From positions 221,939,623 through 222,003,622 of the forward strand of contig NC_052149.1 in NCBI RefSeq assembly GCF_902713615.1: a stretch of 64,000 nt of DNA. The letters run 5' to 3'. Position numbers and translations under genes: made by a program. This document shows, in pieces, positions 12,401-27,400 of the stretch. The notes under the pieces were generated by a model. The model had not been told where the DNA came from and did not search any database. It saw only the letters and a program-made list of their open reading frames with translations. Within the stretch, counting starts at the first letter, position 1. Each line of letters starts with the position of its first letter. This stretch comes from Scyliorhinus canicula. Its lineage: Eukaryota.

Positions 12401-15400
12401 GAAGCTTTGCGCAGGTCAAGGAGACACAGCCTGAAAAGCTTTGTGCAGGTCAAGGTGACACATCCAGAGTGAGACGCATCCAGAGTGGGAATTTGGAACT
12501 TGCTAATTTGGTGCAGTGAGGTAATTCGGTGCAGAGTGGGAGAAGATGCTTTTTCCCTACCATTTTATTCTCTTTCTTCTGGCCTGTAACTTTTAATCTG
12601 CAGGGAGAGAACCAGAGAGCATCTGAGAACCTGGGAATGTAAGTTATTTTTATTTTTATTTATTTTTATCTTTGTTACCTTTTCAAATTGTATGGGAGGG
12701 GAACTGAAGTGACATCACAGTAAAGTTGTGACGTGATTGGCTGGTTGGGAATCTACACTAAATTTAAAAATTAAGCATTGTTAAACTAATTAAACATAAT
12801 TATTTAATTATAATTTAGAGGGGTATCTAAGCCAGAGATCGGAGAGTACTGTATTTAGCTTTTGCATTAATGTAGAAATCTAGTGCTAGGAAACATATAG
12901 TTAACAGTAACGTTTTTTTAAAAATGTTTTTTAAGTTTAATTTACTAATTAATTGACGCAATATTAATTAGAGAGGTGCAGTGCTCTGACTGTGAGATGT
13001 GGCAGGTCCGGGAGGCTTCCAGCGTCCCGGATGGCTACATCTGCAGAAAGTGCACCCAACTGGAGCTCCTCACAGACCGCATGGTTTGGTTGGAGCAGCA
13101 GTTGGATGCACGTAGGAGCATCGCAGGTGGCGGAAAGCGTCATTGATAGAAGTTATCTAAATGTGGTCACACCCAAGGTACAGGCAGAGAAATGGGTGAC
13201 CACCAGAAGGGGCAGGCAGTCAGTGCAGGAATCCTCTGTGGTTGTCCCCCTCTCGAACAGCTATACCCCTTTGGATACTGTCGGGGGGGGGATAGCCTAT
13301 CAGGGGAAAACAGCAGCAGCCAGAGCAGTGGCACCACGGCTGGCTCTGATGTTCAGCAGGGAGGGTCAAAGCGCAGAGGAGCAATAGTCATAGGGGACTC
13401 TATAGTCAGGGGCACAGACAGGCACTTCTGTGGATGTGAAAGAGACTCCAGGATGGTATGTTGCCTCCGTGGTGCCAGGGTCCAGGATGTCTCCGAACGG
13501 GTAGCGGGCATCCTGAAGGAGGAGGGCAAACAGGCAAAGGTCGTTGTACATATTGGTACTAACAACATAGGCAGGAAGGGGCACGAGGTCCTGCAGCAGT
13601 TCAGGGAGCTGGGCAGAAAGTTAAAAAGCAGGACGTCTTGGGTTGTAATCTCGGGATTATCCCTGTGCCACGTGCCAGTGAGGCTAGAAATAAGAAGATA
13701 GAGCAGCTAAACATGTGGCTAAACAGCTGGTGTAGGAAGGAGAGTTTCCGTTATCTGGACCACTGGGAGCTCTTCTGGGGCAGGTGTGACCTGTTGCACC
13801 TAAACCAGAGAGGCATAAATATCCTGGCCGCGAGGTTTGCTAGTGTCACAGGGGAGGGTTTAAACTAGTATGGCAGGGGAGTGGGTACCGGAGAAATAGG
13901 TCAGAAGGTGAAAGCATTGAGGGAGAACTAGGAAATAGGGCCAGTATGGCTTTGAGGAAGAGAAGACAGGGAGATGTTGCTGAAAACAGCGGGACTGGTG
14001 GCCTGAAGTGCATATGTTTTAATGCAAGAAGTATTACGGATAAGGCAGATGAACGTAGAGCTTGGATTAGTACTTGAAACTATGATGTTGTTGCCATTAC
14101 AGAGACCTGGTTGAGGGAAGGACAGGATTGGCAGCTAAACTTTCCAGGATTTAGATGTTTCAGGTGGGATAGAGGGGTTGTAAAAGGGGTGGCGGAGTTG
14201 CGCTACTGGTTAGGGAGAATATCACAGCTGTAGGACAGGAGGACACCTCAGAGGGCAGTGAGGGTATATGGGTAGAGATCAGGAATAAGAAGGGTGCTGT
14301 CACAATGTTGGGGGTTTACTACAGGCCTCCCAACAGCGAGCGGGAGATAGAGGAGCAGATAGGTAGACAGATTTTGGAAACGAGTAAAAACAACAGGGTT
14401 GTTGTGATGGGAGACTTCAACTTCCCCAATATTGACTGGGACTCACTTAGTGCTCATGGCTTAGACGGGGCAGAGTTTGTAAGAAGCATCCAGGAGGGCT
14501 TCTTAAAACAAGATGTAGATAGTCCAACTGGGGAAGGGGCTGTACTCGCTGCCGGTGGTGGTGGAAGCAGGGACGATTGCGACGTTTAAGGGGCATCTTG
14601 ACAAATTCATGAATAGGATGAGAATAGAGGGATACAGACCCAGAAGTGCAGAAGATTTTAGTTTAGACGGGCAGCATGGTCGGCACAGGCTTGGAGGGCC
14701 GAAGGGCCTGTTCCTGTGCTGTACTTTTCTTTGTTCTTTGTTCAACCATCCATGCTGCAACGGTGCAGAGGCGATTTCCCAGAATGGTTCCAAGCATGGG
14801 TCCCAGGTTCGATTCCCCGCTGGGTCACTGTGCGGAGTCTGCACGTTCTCCCTGTGTCTGCGTGGGTTTCATCCGGGTGCTCCGCCCACCTCCCACAGTC
14901 CAAAGACATGCAGGTTAGGTGGATTGGCCATGATAAATTGCCCTTAGTGACCAAAAAAGGTTAGACGGGGTTATTGGGTTACAGCGATAGGGTAGAAGTG
15001 AGGGCTTAAGTGGTTTGGTGCAGACTCGATGGGCCGAAAGGCCTCCTTCTACACTGTACGTTCTATGTTCTATGAGGGAATTTAGCTATAAGGAAGGTTG
15101 AAGAAGCTCGGGTTATTTTCCTTGGAGATCTGAGAAGATTATTGTACGGTAAGTTAATTAGCTGCAGTGCACAAAGGATCATAAGCTTCTGCCCATCAGA
15201 GAGAAAAATAAGTGGTTAGCTAGCATGACGAGCGCCACTCCACATCAAATGTGGGGCAAAGCGAGGGAGCAGGTCCGTGCAGGGATTAAACCCCTGCTGT
15301 TGGCATCACTCTGCATCACACTGTGCTAACCCCTCCACCGCCCCCACCGCCACCCCACTCCAATATGATTATTATATTTTTAGATAAGGTAGACAAAGAA

Positions 15401-18400
15401 AAACTGTTCCCATATTTGTTAAATTTGAGCCATTCTTCCATCAAAACTCCAGTATTCAGTTGGCCAGCCTGTTCCGGCACCTTCATTAAATCTCACGTCA
15501 GAATGCGGTCCTCACCAGTGAAGAAAACGTAGGTGCTGCCCATTTTGGAATCATCCTTCCTGCAGGTCTCAGTGTCACAATACAACGCCCAGCAACTATA
15601 TTCACCAGTATCTGCTCCTGTGCTGTTGGCTACTACCAGCTGGCTATACCTTTCCCGATGGGTAATGCTGCAAGGTAAGAAAAAGCATTTAAAAATATAA
15701 TTCAAAAGGCGAGTGTCAGGATTCAAAGATTTTTTTAGAAACCACACACCTTAACCAAAACACCAATCAGTAGTTTTCATAATCTTCCCTTTAATTATAA
15801 ATATTAAAAAATGATTAATAAGCTCTTGTGGTTCTTCTCCTAAAAGCCGGGCTGATAGAGCCAGTGAGTAACTAAGATTCACAGCCCTGGAAGGATCCCA
15901 CTTTAATCCCCTGTCTGTGTTGCATTGCCAGAGTTAGCACCTGTCCGGTGAGATGTTAACCCAAGATCTCTGTCTGCTCTCTCAGGTGCACGTTAAAACA
16001 TCCATGGCACTATTTCAAAGAACGCTGGGAGTTCTTCGTTGTGTCCTGACCCAATATTTATCTCCCAACCTAACACCTCAGAGTGGATCATCACCCTATC
16101 GTCATGATGCAGGACCTTGTGCTAAATTGTGTGTTGTAGTTCTCGTTTTACAACAGTGTAAAATTACTTAATCGGCTGTAAAGCTCGTTGAGGTGTCCTT
16201 TGGTCCCAAACGTCACTACAGAAATGTAACTCTTTCTAAGTTAGCTGATGTTAGCTGGGATGGTGCAATGAGTTGTTGAGGAAAATCTTTTCCACTCGAA
16301 TGGCCTGCGCTGGACATGTGTTTGCCTGACCATTGTTTAAGGACAGGATAAGGCTCAACTATAAGGGCTCCTACACTCAGAAATCACTGTCAAGTTTCAC
16401 CAATTCAATTGGATGATATACCAGAGGATATCCAGGAATTGACACCATCCAATCTGAACTGAGTCCAAGGAAGCTCAAAAGTGTATCATCATCAATCACA
16501 AAAAGGGTTCAAAGGCACACAGACCACCGAACAATATCTTCAAGAAAGAATACACAGGAAAAGGAGAACACAAGTTTTTGTACTGATTTTGTGCTAATAT
16601 TCAGAACAATGATACAACTACTACACATTATTACTGGGAATACAGTAATAATTGATCACACTGGCATACTTGGGCATGTAACTCTAAATCAACTCAAGAT
16701 TCGTTTTCTACTTAATCATGCGAGATACCACTCAGTTTAGCTGTTGGTTTAGAATCTTGGTGCCAAATATAACGTCAAACATAAGGGCGGCACAGTAGTT
16801 AGCACTGCCGTCTCACAGGACCAGGAACCTGGATTCAATTCCGGCCTTGGGTGATTGTCAGCAGATTGCACTTTCTCGCTGTGTCTGCATGGGTTCCCTC
16901 CGTGTGATCTGGTTTCCTCCCACAGTCCAAGATGTGCAGGTTAGGTAAATTGGGCATGCTAAACAACCCCTAGTGTCCAACGATGTACAGGATAGGTGGG
17001 GTTATGGGGATAGGGTGGGGAGTGGGCCGAGATAGGGTGCTCTTTCAGAGGGTCAGTCCAGACTCAAAGGGCCGAATGGCCTCCTGCTCTGTATCTATGG
17101 ATTATCTATGGATAAACATAAGGATTAATAAATAGTGTTGCTTGTATATAAAACATGACTCAATTGCATTGTTTTTCTTTGAATAATTCACTCAAAGTCA
17201 TTGCAACCTGTGCAAAAGATCAGAGAGTTTTGAGCGCTGATTATGTTGAGTGCAGCTCGAATTTCCACGACCTTTACTGCACTAATTTCAAGAGCATCAC
17301 GCTAGGAGAAGGCACCCACAAACCTGGCCAAGGCCCGGGATAAATCAATCATCATTTATGCTTCAAAAATGATGCTAGTTCCTTTTTGTTCCAAGGACAC
17401 TAATAGGCATGATGTTCAAAACTTAATTTTTCATTTACCAAAAAACCTGGGGCTGGATTCTCCGTTTCTGAGGTTAAGTGCCGGCGCAAACAGAGAATCC
17501 GCGGGAGGTTCACGACAGGAAAATCGGTGTGAACCCCTCACCGATTTCAGTACCGGTGAGGGTCTAGAACCGACAGCGCGTGAAACACCCGTGGATCGTG
17601 CCGAATGGTTGGATCCCGGGCCGCACTCACCAACTGCGACCCCACAGCCCACCCACTGGCCACCCCCCCATCAGTCCCCCCAGCCCTAGCAGAAGCCCTC
17701 CCCAGCCAGTGGCACGGATCCCAGACCAGTGTGGCGGCGCTGGACACACTCCGTAGCTGGCAGCCTGTTCCCGACTGCTGGGAATCCACGTGGCCCACGC
17801 CGTCGGGGGCTCAGTCCTTTGGAGCAGAGCATCACGAGTGGGCCGGCCGATGACGTGGCAACCATAGTGAAATGGTACGCGGTGTGCGCCACAATTATTC
17901 CAGTTTGGAGGAGGCGGAGCATGGCGGACCGGCGCCAATCCGGCCCAGATTCCGCCGTCGGAATTTATTCTCCGTCCAATCGCCAATCACGATTTCGGCG
18001 GCGGGCTACGGAGAATCCAGCCCTTGATATCTCAATATAACCAGGAAATTGGACTTTAATAGGGGCTGGTTTAGCTCACAAGGCTAAATCGCTGGCTTAT
18101 AAAGCAGACCAAGCAGGCCAGCAGCACGGTTCGATTCCCGTACCAGCCTCCCCGGACAGGTGCCGGAATGTGGCGACTAGGGGCTTTTCACAGTAACTTC
18201 ATTGAAGCCTACTCGTGACAATAAGCGATTTTCATTTTCATTTTTAAAGATGGAATTTTCATTAATTTAAAATTGGAATACTCATAAATGCTGAATGAGG
18301 CACTGATTTAAAATGCTTTTTAAGTGATTAAACACATTTTCAGCTGTATTGATACAACGGCACCAAGTCAACGCTCATTTTATATATCAGGAAATATTTT

Positions 18401-21400
18401 TAAAGCAATTTTTAAAAATTAAATTTTAAATCACTGCTCAATTGAAGATTTGGTTTATGGAAGATTTTGTGTTTGCAATTTTGGATCCCTTTTTCCCAGT
18501 GACTGAATCATAGGATTAACAGTGAAGAAGGAGGCCATTCAGCCCATCGAGTCTGCACCGGCCCTTTGAAAGAGCAACCTACTTAAGCCCGCACCTCCAC
18601 CCTATCCATGTAACCCAGAACCCCACTTAACCTTTTTCTTGGACACTCTGGGCAAATTAGCATGGCCAATCCACCTATCTGTACATCTTTGGACTGTGGG
18701 AGGAAACCGGAGCACACGGAGGGAACCCATGCACAGACAGTGACCCAAGCCGCGAATCGAACCTGGGACTCTGGAGTTGTGAAGCAACAGTGCTAACCAA
18801 CTTGATCTGTACACAAGACAGCGACAATAAAGAAGATCCTATACCAATACTAACTTTCATTTAACTAGCACCTTTAACATAGTAACATTTCCTCATAAGG
18901 AATGATGTTAAACTAAATTCGGCACCAAGCATGCCTTCTCTAACAGCGCTGTGGGTGTACTTACATGACATGGACTTCAGCAGTTCAGGAAGGCAGCTCA
19001 CGACCACCAACTTCTCAAGGGCAACTAGAATAGGATCATAGAACATAGAATCCCTATAGTGCAGAGTCTCAGAAAGAATACCCCAAGTAGGCCCAATACC
19101 CCATCCTATCCCCGTAACCCCACCTAGGGGCAATTTAGCATAGCCAATCCTAACCTGCACACCTTTGGACTGCGGAATGAAACCAGAGAACCCGGAGGAA
19201 ACCCAAGCAGTCACAGGAAGAATGTGAAAACTCCACAGTCACGCAAGGTCAGAATCGAACCTGGGTCCCTGACGCTGTGAGGCAGCTGTGCTAACCACTG
19301 TGTCACCATGATGCCCCTAGAGATGGGCAATAAATGTTGGCCTAGCCAGCGAGGCCCAAATCCCATGAATGAATAAAAAAATATATTATGACAGAATCAT
19401 AGAATTTACAGTGCAGAAGGAGGCGATTTAGCCCATCGAGTCTCCACTGGCCCTTGGGAAAAGCACCCCAATTGAGCCCACACCTCCACCCTATGCTGTT
19501 TTTCCCCATAACCCCACCAAACCTTTTTGAACACTAAGGACAATTTAGAATGGCCAATCCACCTAACCTGAACACCTTTGGACTGTGGGAGGAAACCAGA
19601 ACACCCGGAGGAAACCCACGCACACATGGGGAGAACACGCAGACTCCACACATAGAGTGACCCAAGCTGGAATCGAACCTGGGACCCTGGAGCTGTGAAG
19701 GAACTATGCTAACTGCTGTGCTACCGTGCTGCCGAGGTGATGATGTTTGGTCAAAATGATGGGTTTTAAGGAATGTTTGAAAGGAGGAAAGAGGAGAGGT
19801 TTGGGGAGGAAATTCCAGAGCTTAAGGTCAAGGCAGCAGAAAGAATGGTAACTGAGGAGGTGGTGACGTAGTGGTATTGTCACTGGACTCGTAAACCAGA
19901 GACCCAAAGTACTGCTCTGGGGACTCAGGTTCAAATCCTGCCACTGCAGATGGTGAAATTTGAATTCAATAAAAATAAAATCTAGTATTAAACATCCATT
20001 GCTATAAAATTGTTATCAAAACCCATCTGGTTCACTAATGTCCTTCAGGGAAGGAAATCTGCTATCCTTACCCAGTCTGGCCTACCTGTGACTCCAGACT
20101 CACAGCAATGTGGTTGACTCTTCACTGCCCCATCAAGGGCAATTAGGGATGGGCAATAAATGCTGGCACAGCCTTCGATGCCCACGTCCCATGAACGAAT
20201 AAAAAAATTGAATCCCAATGTGGGATATCCTCATAATATATTACTGGCAGTTTCTTGAAGAGATGATTGTATTCCCTCAATATTTTAAAAATATCATTAT
20301 TGGGACATTTAACATTAAAAACTGCACACCAAATAGAAACTGCAGTATTGCATTCACTAAAGAATGGTGCTGTTCATTTTAGTGTGAAATTTGTTTTCAA
20401 ATTTGCTGTGCTTGGGATGAGGAAAAACAAAGGAGCTTGCATATTTCGGGCATCGCAAAAGACATGTGATATCAGAAGTATTTTGGGTCAGAGCCATTGG
20501 GATAGACATTAAACCTGCTGCCTGGCTTTGTGGATGAGCTACATCTGAACACATGTTTAAAAACCCACCCCAGTGATTGTAAATAAATAAATAACCTTTA
20601 TTGTCACAACTTACATTACATTACATTGTAGTGTTCCATTAAGACTACAATGAAGTTACTGTGAAAAGCCCCAAGTCGCCACATTCCGGCACCTGTTCAG
20701 GTACACAGAGGGAGAATTCAGAATTCTCAGCTGGTACAGGAATTGAACCCACGCTGCTGGCCTTGTTCTGCATCACAAACCAGTTGTCTAGCCCACTGAA
20801 CTAAACCAGCAATTGATGCAACTAAATAAATATGCGTTCAGTACTGTAAACGTTTCAATAAGGGATACATGGCACACAAACATTTCAAAAAACATGCAGA
20901 CAGAGTAACTGAATATGGGGACAATAACATTTCAACAGATGCAAAAATACCTGAATCTGCCTTCATCTTCCTCGTCTAGATAACTGGGATATGCCCAGCT
21001 AACGTGTTTCCCTTTGCAGCGTAGCACAAGCCTGTCTCCAGCAGGAATCACCAAAATATCAAGTGGTTTCTGAAATCTGCCTTTTTCCAGTAACTGGGAC
21101 ATGATGAAGATCTTTGCAGGTACCTTGACTGATACTTTCTTCATTTTCCGCTTGCCTTTGGTCGTTTTGGTGGCTGTAGCTTTAACTTTCTTCCCAACAT
21201 TTTGCTTTTTACTTTTGCCAACGTTTTTGGTGACCTTTTCATCCTTCTGGCAGTCCACTAAAGGAAGCAATGTTGTTACATCAAACATTTCCAGAATTGT
21301 AACCAAAATAACTTTGCCCTGGTGCGTCTCAGAAACATAAACTTTTTTTGTTGAATTAACAAGAGAATATATCTGAAATCATAGACTACAGGCCTTCCAT

Positions 21401-24400
21401 TCTTAATCTTTAATCCAATTATTTGTATAGAAATTATAACGCAGAAATAGATATTGACCAAATGACCCATTTGGGTAAATAACTTGCACACAAGCAGCAA
21501 TCCTAATTCCATGTTTGGTGCCCACAATATTCTTATATCTCTTTATCTCATTATCTGTCAACCATCTCTATAAGCTATTCTTAGACATTGATATCATTCG
21601 AATAATTAGTCATAGTCCACAAAAGGCCATGGGTATCTCTCCATTAGAGAGAAGGACAATTGGCTACATATAGTTTAAGCGGCACCATTCCATAAGCATG
21701 GGACAAGGCGAGGAGGCAGATTCCAGGAACTACCATAGTCAGTCGGGGGTTTGACCTGTGCCATTGGTGTCATCCTTAATCATACTGTGGCCATCGAGCC
21801 GTCATTTACCCGAGCAATTCATTCACACACTCACAACCCTTGGGATTAAAAAGATTTCCACTGCTAGTCTCTCCTAAATCTGATTTTATATTCCTGTCCC
21901 GCATTTCATAATGAAACTGGACAATGCTTATGCAGAAAAAATTCTATTACGCACCCAAATAAGCAATCCCCGATCTTACCAAGCACCTCCTCGTTGCAGT
22001 GAAAGCTGAATGATTGGCATTAAGCAAGGTTGAGATGTATAATGCATATAGACCTTCTGGTTAGAACCATAGATTCACTACATGGCAGAAGGAGACGATT
22101 TGGCCCATCGAGTCTGCACCGACCCTTCAAAAGATCACCCTACCCAGACCCACGCCTCCGCCCTATCCCCGTAACCCCACCTAACCTTAGAACACTATGG
22201 GGCAATTTAGTAAGGCCTAACCAGTGCATCTTTGGACTGTGTGAAGAAATCGGAGCAACCGGAAGAAACCCACAGTTACGGGGAGAATGTGCAAACTCCA
22301 CACAGTCACCTGAGGTTGGAATCGAACCTTGGCGCTGGGAGACAGCAGTGCTAACCACTGCGCCAACCTACTGTAATGCAAACTGAGCGAGCTATTTAAG
22401 CCACACTCTTGTAGTGCATTGTGAACATTACTGCAGTGAATGTTATGGTCTCACAGCAGGAAAGGGTGCATTGTGAGTGTTACTTTCTAGTACAACACAA
22501 ACTCATTTGTGGGTATTATTATAAACAGGTTCTACAAGTGCAGCATGAAATGTATCTGAGGACGGTGGGATAGTGGGAATGTCCAGAGATCCAGGCTAAC
22601 GCTCTGGGGACGCAGGTTCAAATCCCACCCTGGAAGCTGGTGGAATTTAAATTCATTGATAAAATTTAGATTTAAAAGGTAGTCTCAGTAACCTTGACCA
22701 TATAATTGATCATCGTATAAACTCATTCGGTTCACTGAAGTCCTTCAGGGAAGGAAATCTGCCATCCTTACCTGCCCTGGCCTACATGTGATTCCAGATC
22801 CACAACATTGTGGTTGACTCCGAACTGCCCTCTAAAATGACCTAGTAAGCCATTCAGTTCAAGGGCAATTAGGGATGGGCTACACATTCTGCCCTAACCA
22901 GTGACGCCCACATACCATGAAAGATTTTTAAAAAAATTATAGCTCCTGACTGTTGTCCAATAGCAATCATCATTATCTGTAAGGTCATTGTAGTTAAGTA
23001 GCCCACTGTCGCTCACTGCTGTTCAGGCTGATTAATAAATTGGACATACGACAGGAAGAATATAAAAAGACTAAATTTCCCATTATACCAGTCTCATCCT
23101 AGCATGGTACAACTCCCATGCACCATTAATCCAACCAATCTATAGAAACAAGAAAAAACCATGAGGGTGTGGCAATTGACCCTTTAAGGCCGACACAGCA
23201 AAGTAAGTGCCACCTTGGTCTGGGTGTCAATCAGGATTCAGGGTGTGGAATCACCCCATGGTGAGAGAAGCTCTTAGGGGGGAGACATTTTGGGAGCGAG
23301 CTATAACCATGTGGCTCCTGTATAATTTTTATTAATAACTACCTTTTTGTATTCACTAATGAAGTCTGTGAAAGTACATCTTTACATAGGGTAATGTAGG
23401 AAAACAGTCAGGGAAATTCCCCTCTGATCCTGAAAGATAACCAAGAAGGATTCAGCAAACCATAGAGGCTGATATCACACGTACCAGTCAGCTCTAATCT
23501 TGTCAATGGGATTTCCCATTGAAGCCATCCCATGGCACCAGGGGGTGCGCTGCCAGCGGGAATATGGAATTCCAACGGCCAGAGAATTCCGGCCCTGGTT
23601 GGTTGTTTTGAACTGCAATCACTTTAATTGATGATGGAGTAACTTGCTGGAAATCACATGGGAGAGAGGGGAAACCTTTGTGAACCTGTTAGTTTTCAGG
23701 GCAGTCTTGTTGGGGAAAAAGCTGAGGAGAGGAAGCTACCCTATCTGGCTCCATCTCTTTATCTTGCCTAAAATTGTGTGGCGATCAACGTGCAGCCAGA
23801 GAACCCACATCGGAGTGTAAGTGGTCGGCATTTGGGCCTGCAAAGCTGAGACTCATTGGTGAGAACTTCCAGGCATCCATTGGGACCACACAAGGGAACT
23901 CCAGGTTGACAGCATTGAGACCCTGCAAACTTTTCCTTCATTGTATAATGCCCAACCTCTAAAGCCCTTCTCTGTAGAGAGGTTCTATCTGTTTAGAAAC
24001 TTAGAAAATAGGAGCAGGAGAATGCAATTCGGCTCTTTGAGCCTGATTCGCCATTCAACATGATCATGAGTGATCCTCTGTCTCAACACGGTAGCACAAG
24101 TGGTTAGCACTGTGGCTTCACAGTGCCAGGGTCCCAGGAGAATTTCCCCGCTGGGTCACTGTCTGTGCGGAGTCTGCACGTTCTTCCCGTGTCTGCGTGG
24201 GTTAACTCCGGGTGCTCTGGTTTCCTCCCCCTGTCCAAAGACGTGCAAGTTAGGTGGATTGGATATGCTAAATTGCCTTTAGTGTCCAAAATAGGTCAGG
24301 AAGGGTTATTGGGTTATGGGGATAGGATGGAAGTGAAGACTTAAGTGGGTCATTGCAGACTCGATGGGCCGAATGGCCTCCTTCTGCACTGGATGTTCTC

Positions 24401-27400
24401 TGTTCTAACACCCCAGCACTCTCCCCATATTCCTCAACACCTTTAGAGTCTAGAAATCTATTTCCTTCTTAAATATATTCAGTAATTTGACATCCTCGGC
24501 CTTCAGCAGAAGACAATTTCATAGGTTTGCCAACCTCTGAGTGAAGATATTTCTCTTCATCCCCGTATCCTAAGGTTGTGACCCCTTGTTATTGGGACCC
24601 CCACCCTCCCAAGCCCGAGGAAACAACACCCTGCGTCCAGTCTGTCCAGTCCTGTCAGAATGTGAGACATTTCAATTAGATTCTCTCTCATTCTTCTAAA
24701 TTCCAGTGAACACAGGCCCAGTTGACCCAATCTCACCTCATACAACAATCCTGCTATCCTAGGAATCAGGCTGGCGAACCTTTGCTGCACTCCCGTATGA
24801 CAAGTATATATTTTCTTAGAAAAGGAGACCAAAACTGCGCACAATATTCCAGATGTGGTCTCACCAAGGCCCTGTACAGCTGGAGTGAGATATCCTTTCT
24901 CCCATTCTTAAGTTCTCTTGAGGCCAACATGCCATTTGCCTTCCTAACTGCTTGCTGTGCCTACATGCTTGCTTTCAGTGACTGGTGGACTAGGACACCC
25001 TGGTCCCTTTGTACATCAGCATTTCCCAATTGTTCTGTTTTATAATAAAAGGTCATTCTGAGTTGTCGAAAGAACCTGGATAAAGTTATTCTGGGTACAA
25101 GTAGTGGAGGTGAATGATTGATCATTTTGGAGAGAAAATTAAACTTTTAAATTAATGGTGTGGCCTGTGAAGTAGTGGGACGAGATAATACATGGACCCC
25201 TCCCATCCCAGTCCTAAAAGAAAAGCCAACATCACCCTCCCTCCCTCAGGAAACTACAGAAAGGCAACGGTATCTATCTACTTGGCTGTCTCTCCACACA
25301 GGAGCTGGCCTAGTACGGGCAAATGTACCACCTCAAAAGGGCTGGGAATTTTAAGGTAGAGAGCTGAATGGTGAAGAATGAAATACAGAAACTGCTATAA
25401 TTGACTTGAACGGCTAAGAATACGAAATTGTGAGGCCAGGTTCTGCTCAAGTGATGTCAGAACTTCATGAGGCAATCTGCGCTCCAACCTGGTTTGGAAA
25501 CGTGCACTAAATAATTCACTGCAAAGGACAATTCATCTATGCTCTGCCCCTCTCAGGTGGACTTGAGCACGAAATCTAGGCTAACTTTCCAGTGCAATAC
25601 TGAGGTAGTGCTGCATTATCAAAAACACCAGGAGCGATATTCAGCCCTTGATCGCTCTCAGGGAGAATGGCGACACGGGTGGAAAATCCGGAGAGAATTG
25701 GGAATCGCGATTCTGTCTGGAGAGATTATGTTTCCCAACTTTCCCCGCCCCTTGGCAGCAACATCAAGAAGTTCACGCCCACAAAGGGCAGGAACCTCAT
25801 TTTAATGGATTATCATAGGGGAACACGATAGCACAGTGGCTAGCACAGTTGCTTCACAGCTCCAGAGTCCCAGGTTCGATTCCCGGCTTGGGTCACTGTC
25901 GGTGTGGAGTCTGCACGTTCTCCCCGTTCTGCGTGGGTTTTGTCCGGATGCTCCGGTTTCCTCCCACAGTCCAAAGATTTGCAGGTTATGTGGATTGGCC
26001 ACACTAAATTCCTTAGTGTCCAAGAAGGAGGTTAGGTGGGGTTACTGGGTAAAGGGGATAGGGTGGAGGTATGGGCTTAAGTAGGGCACTCTTTCTAAGG
26101 GCTGGTGCTGACTTGATGGGCCGAATGGCCTCCTTCTGCACTGTAAATTCTATGATTCTATGATTATAAATTTGAATATCTGGCCCCCTCGCCACATGAT
26201 CCGCCCTCACTAAATATTCATACCTTGCCACCGTGATGTGACATCAGTGCGATTGCAACAGCTTTATAATATGGGATTCAGTTGAGGGAATCGCTTCAGA
26301 GCTGCAAAGGTAAGTATAGCCCCCAGGGGAGTGGGACATACCCAACCTGGCAGAGTTAACCTGTGCCAGTGGGCGGGCCCTCGTGGGAGTCCCATGGTGA
26401 GGGGTTCCATTAATGTTTGGTGGGAGGGGGGAAGCACGCAGTGAGGGAGGAACCTGCAGGCACTGAGGGGATCGGGCGGTGGGAGGGGGGGGGGGGTGGA
26501 AGTGTTGGTGATACTTCCGTGGTGGTGGTGGGGGGAGCCCCCAATGTTTGTTTGGGGTGAGGGGATGGGGTGAGCCCTGGGAGCCCCCAATACCTTTGTG
26601 TTGGGAGGGGTGGGGGGGGGGGGGTTGATGTTCACTGTTCACCTCTGTTTGGGGTGCTCTTTACAGATGGCACCTCGATCTCTGTGGAGCCGAGTGCCCG
26701 CTCTATCAGGCCCCGCCCTGCCAGTGGCAGCATTAACCATGCCCATTCACTATCTTCTTTAAAGCGGCTGAAGATCTGGAGTGAAAACCAGTCTTTACAA
26801 CTGGGGAACTATACGGCAGTTTTCAGTTTGAGCCTGACACTTTGGAAAAAAAATATGGTCAGATTCCGCCCACCATCTTTTGGATCAAACTTCAAAACAA
26901 GAGTGTATCTTCCCTCTCAGGTGGAGATCAAATATCCCCTGGCACAGTTTCAAAGCAGAGCAGAAGAGTTCTTCTGACAAGTTCTGAAAAATATTTACTC
27001 CTGAGCCCATATCACTAAAAATAAACAGGGTAGCATTCATGACATTGCTGTTTGTGGGAACATGCTGTACACAGACTGGCTGATGCACTTCCTTCATTAC
27101 TGACTGCACTTGAGAAAATATTTCTTGGGTTGTGAAGGCCTTTGAGATACCGTGAGGTTTTGAAAGACACGGGGAGATAGTGGCATTGGTGGGGATGTCA
27201 CTGGACGGAGGTGGGTTCAAATCCCACCACGGCAGCTGGTGGAATTTAAATTCAATTATTAAAATCTGGACCAGGAAGATTGTCTCAGAGATGGTGACCA
27301 TGGCAACTATCATCAATTGTCAACATCTGGTTCACTAATGTTCTTTAAGGAAGGAAACCTACTGTCCTTACCTGATCCGGCCTACATGTGACTCCAGATC

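Noticed and set aside
10294-12465. 34-bp array as a CRISPR array or coding repeat (ORFs 11149.., 11999..)
   Set aside because: Units are head-to-tail with no unique spacers, the context is eukaryotic intron, there are no cas genes, and every frame hits stops regularly.
18061-18150. tRNA genes at SINE heads
   Set aside because: A/B boxes are present, but each continues into a SINE body and LINE-derived tail, with no complete cloverleaf.
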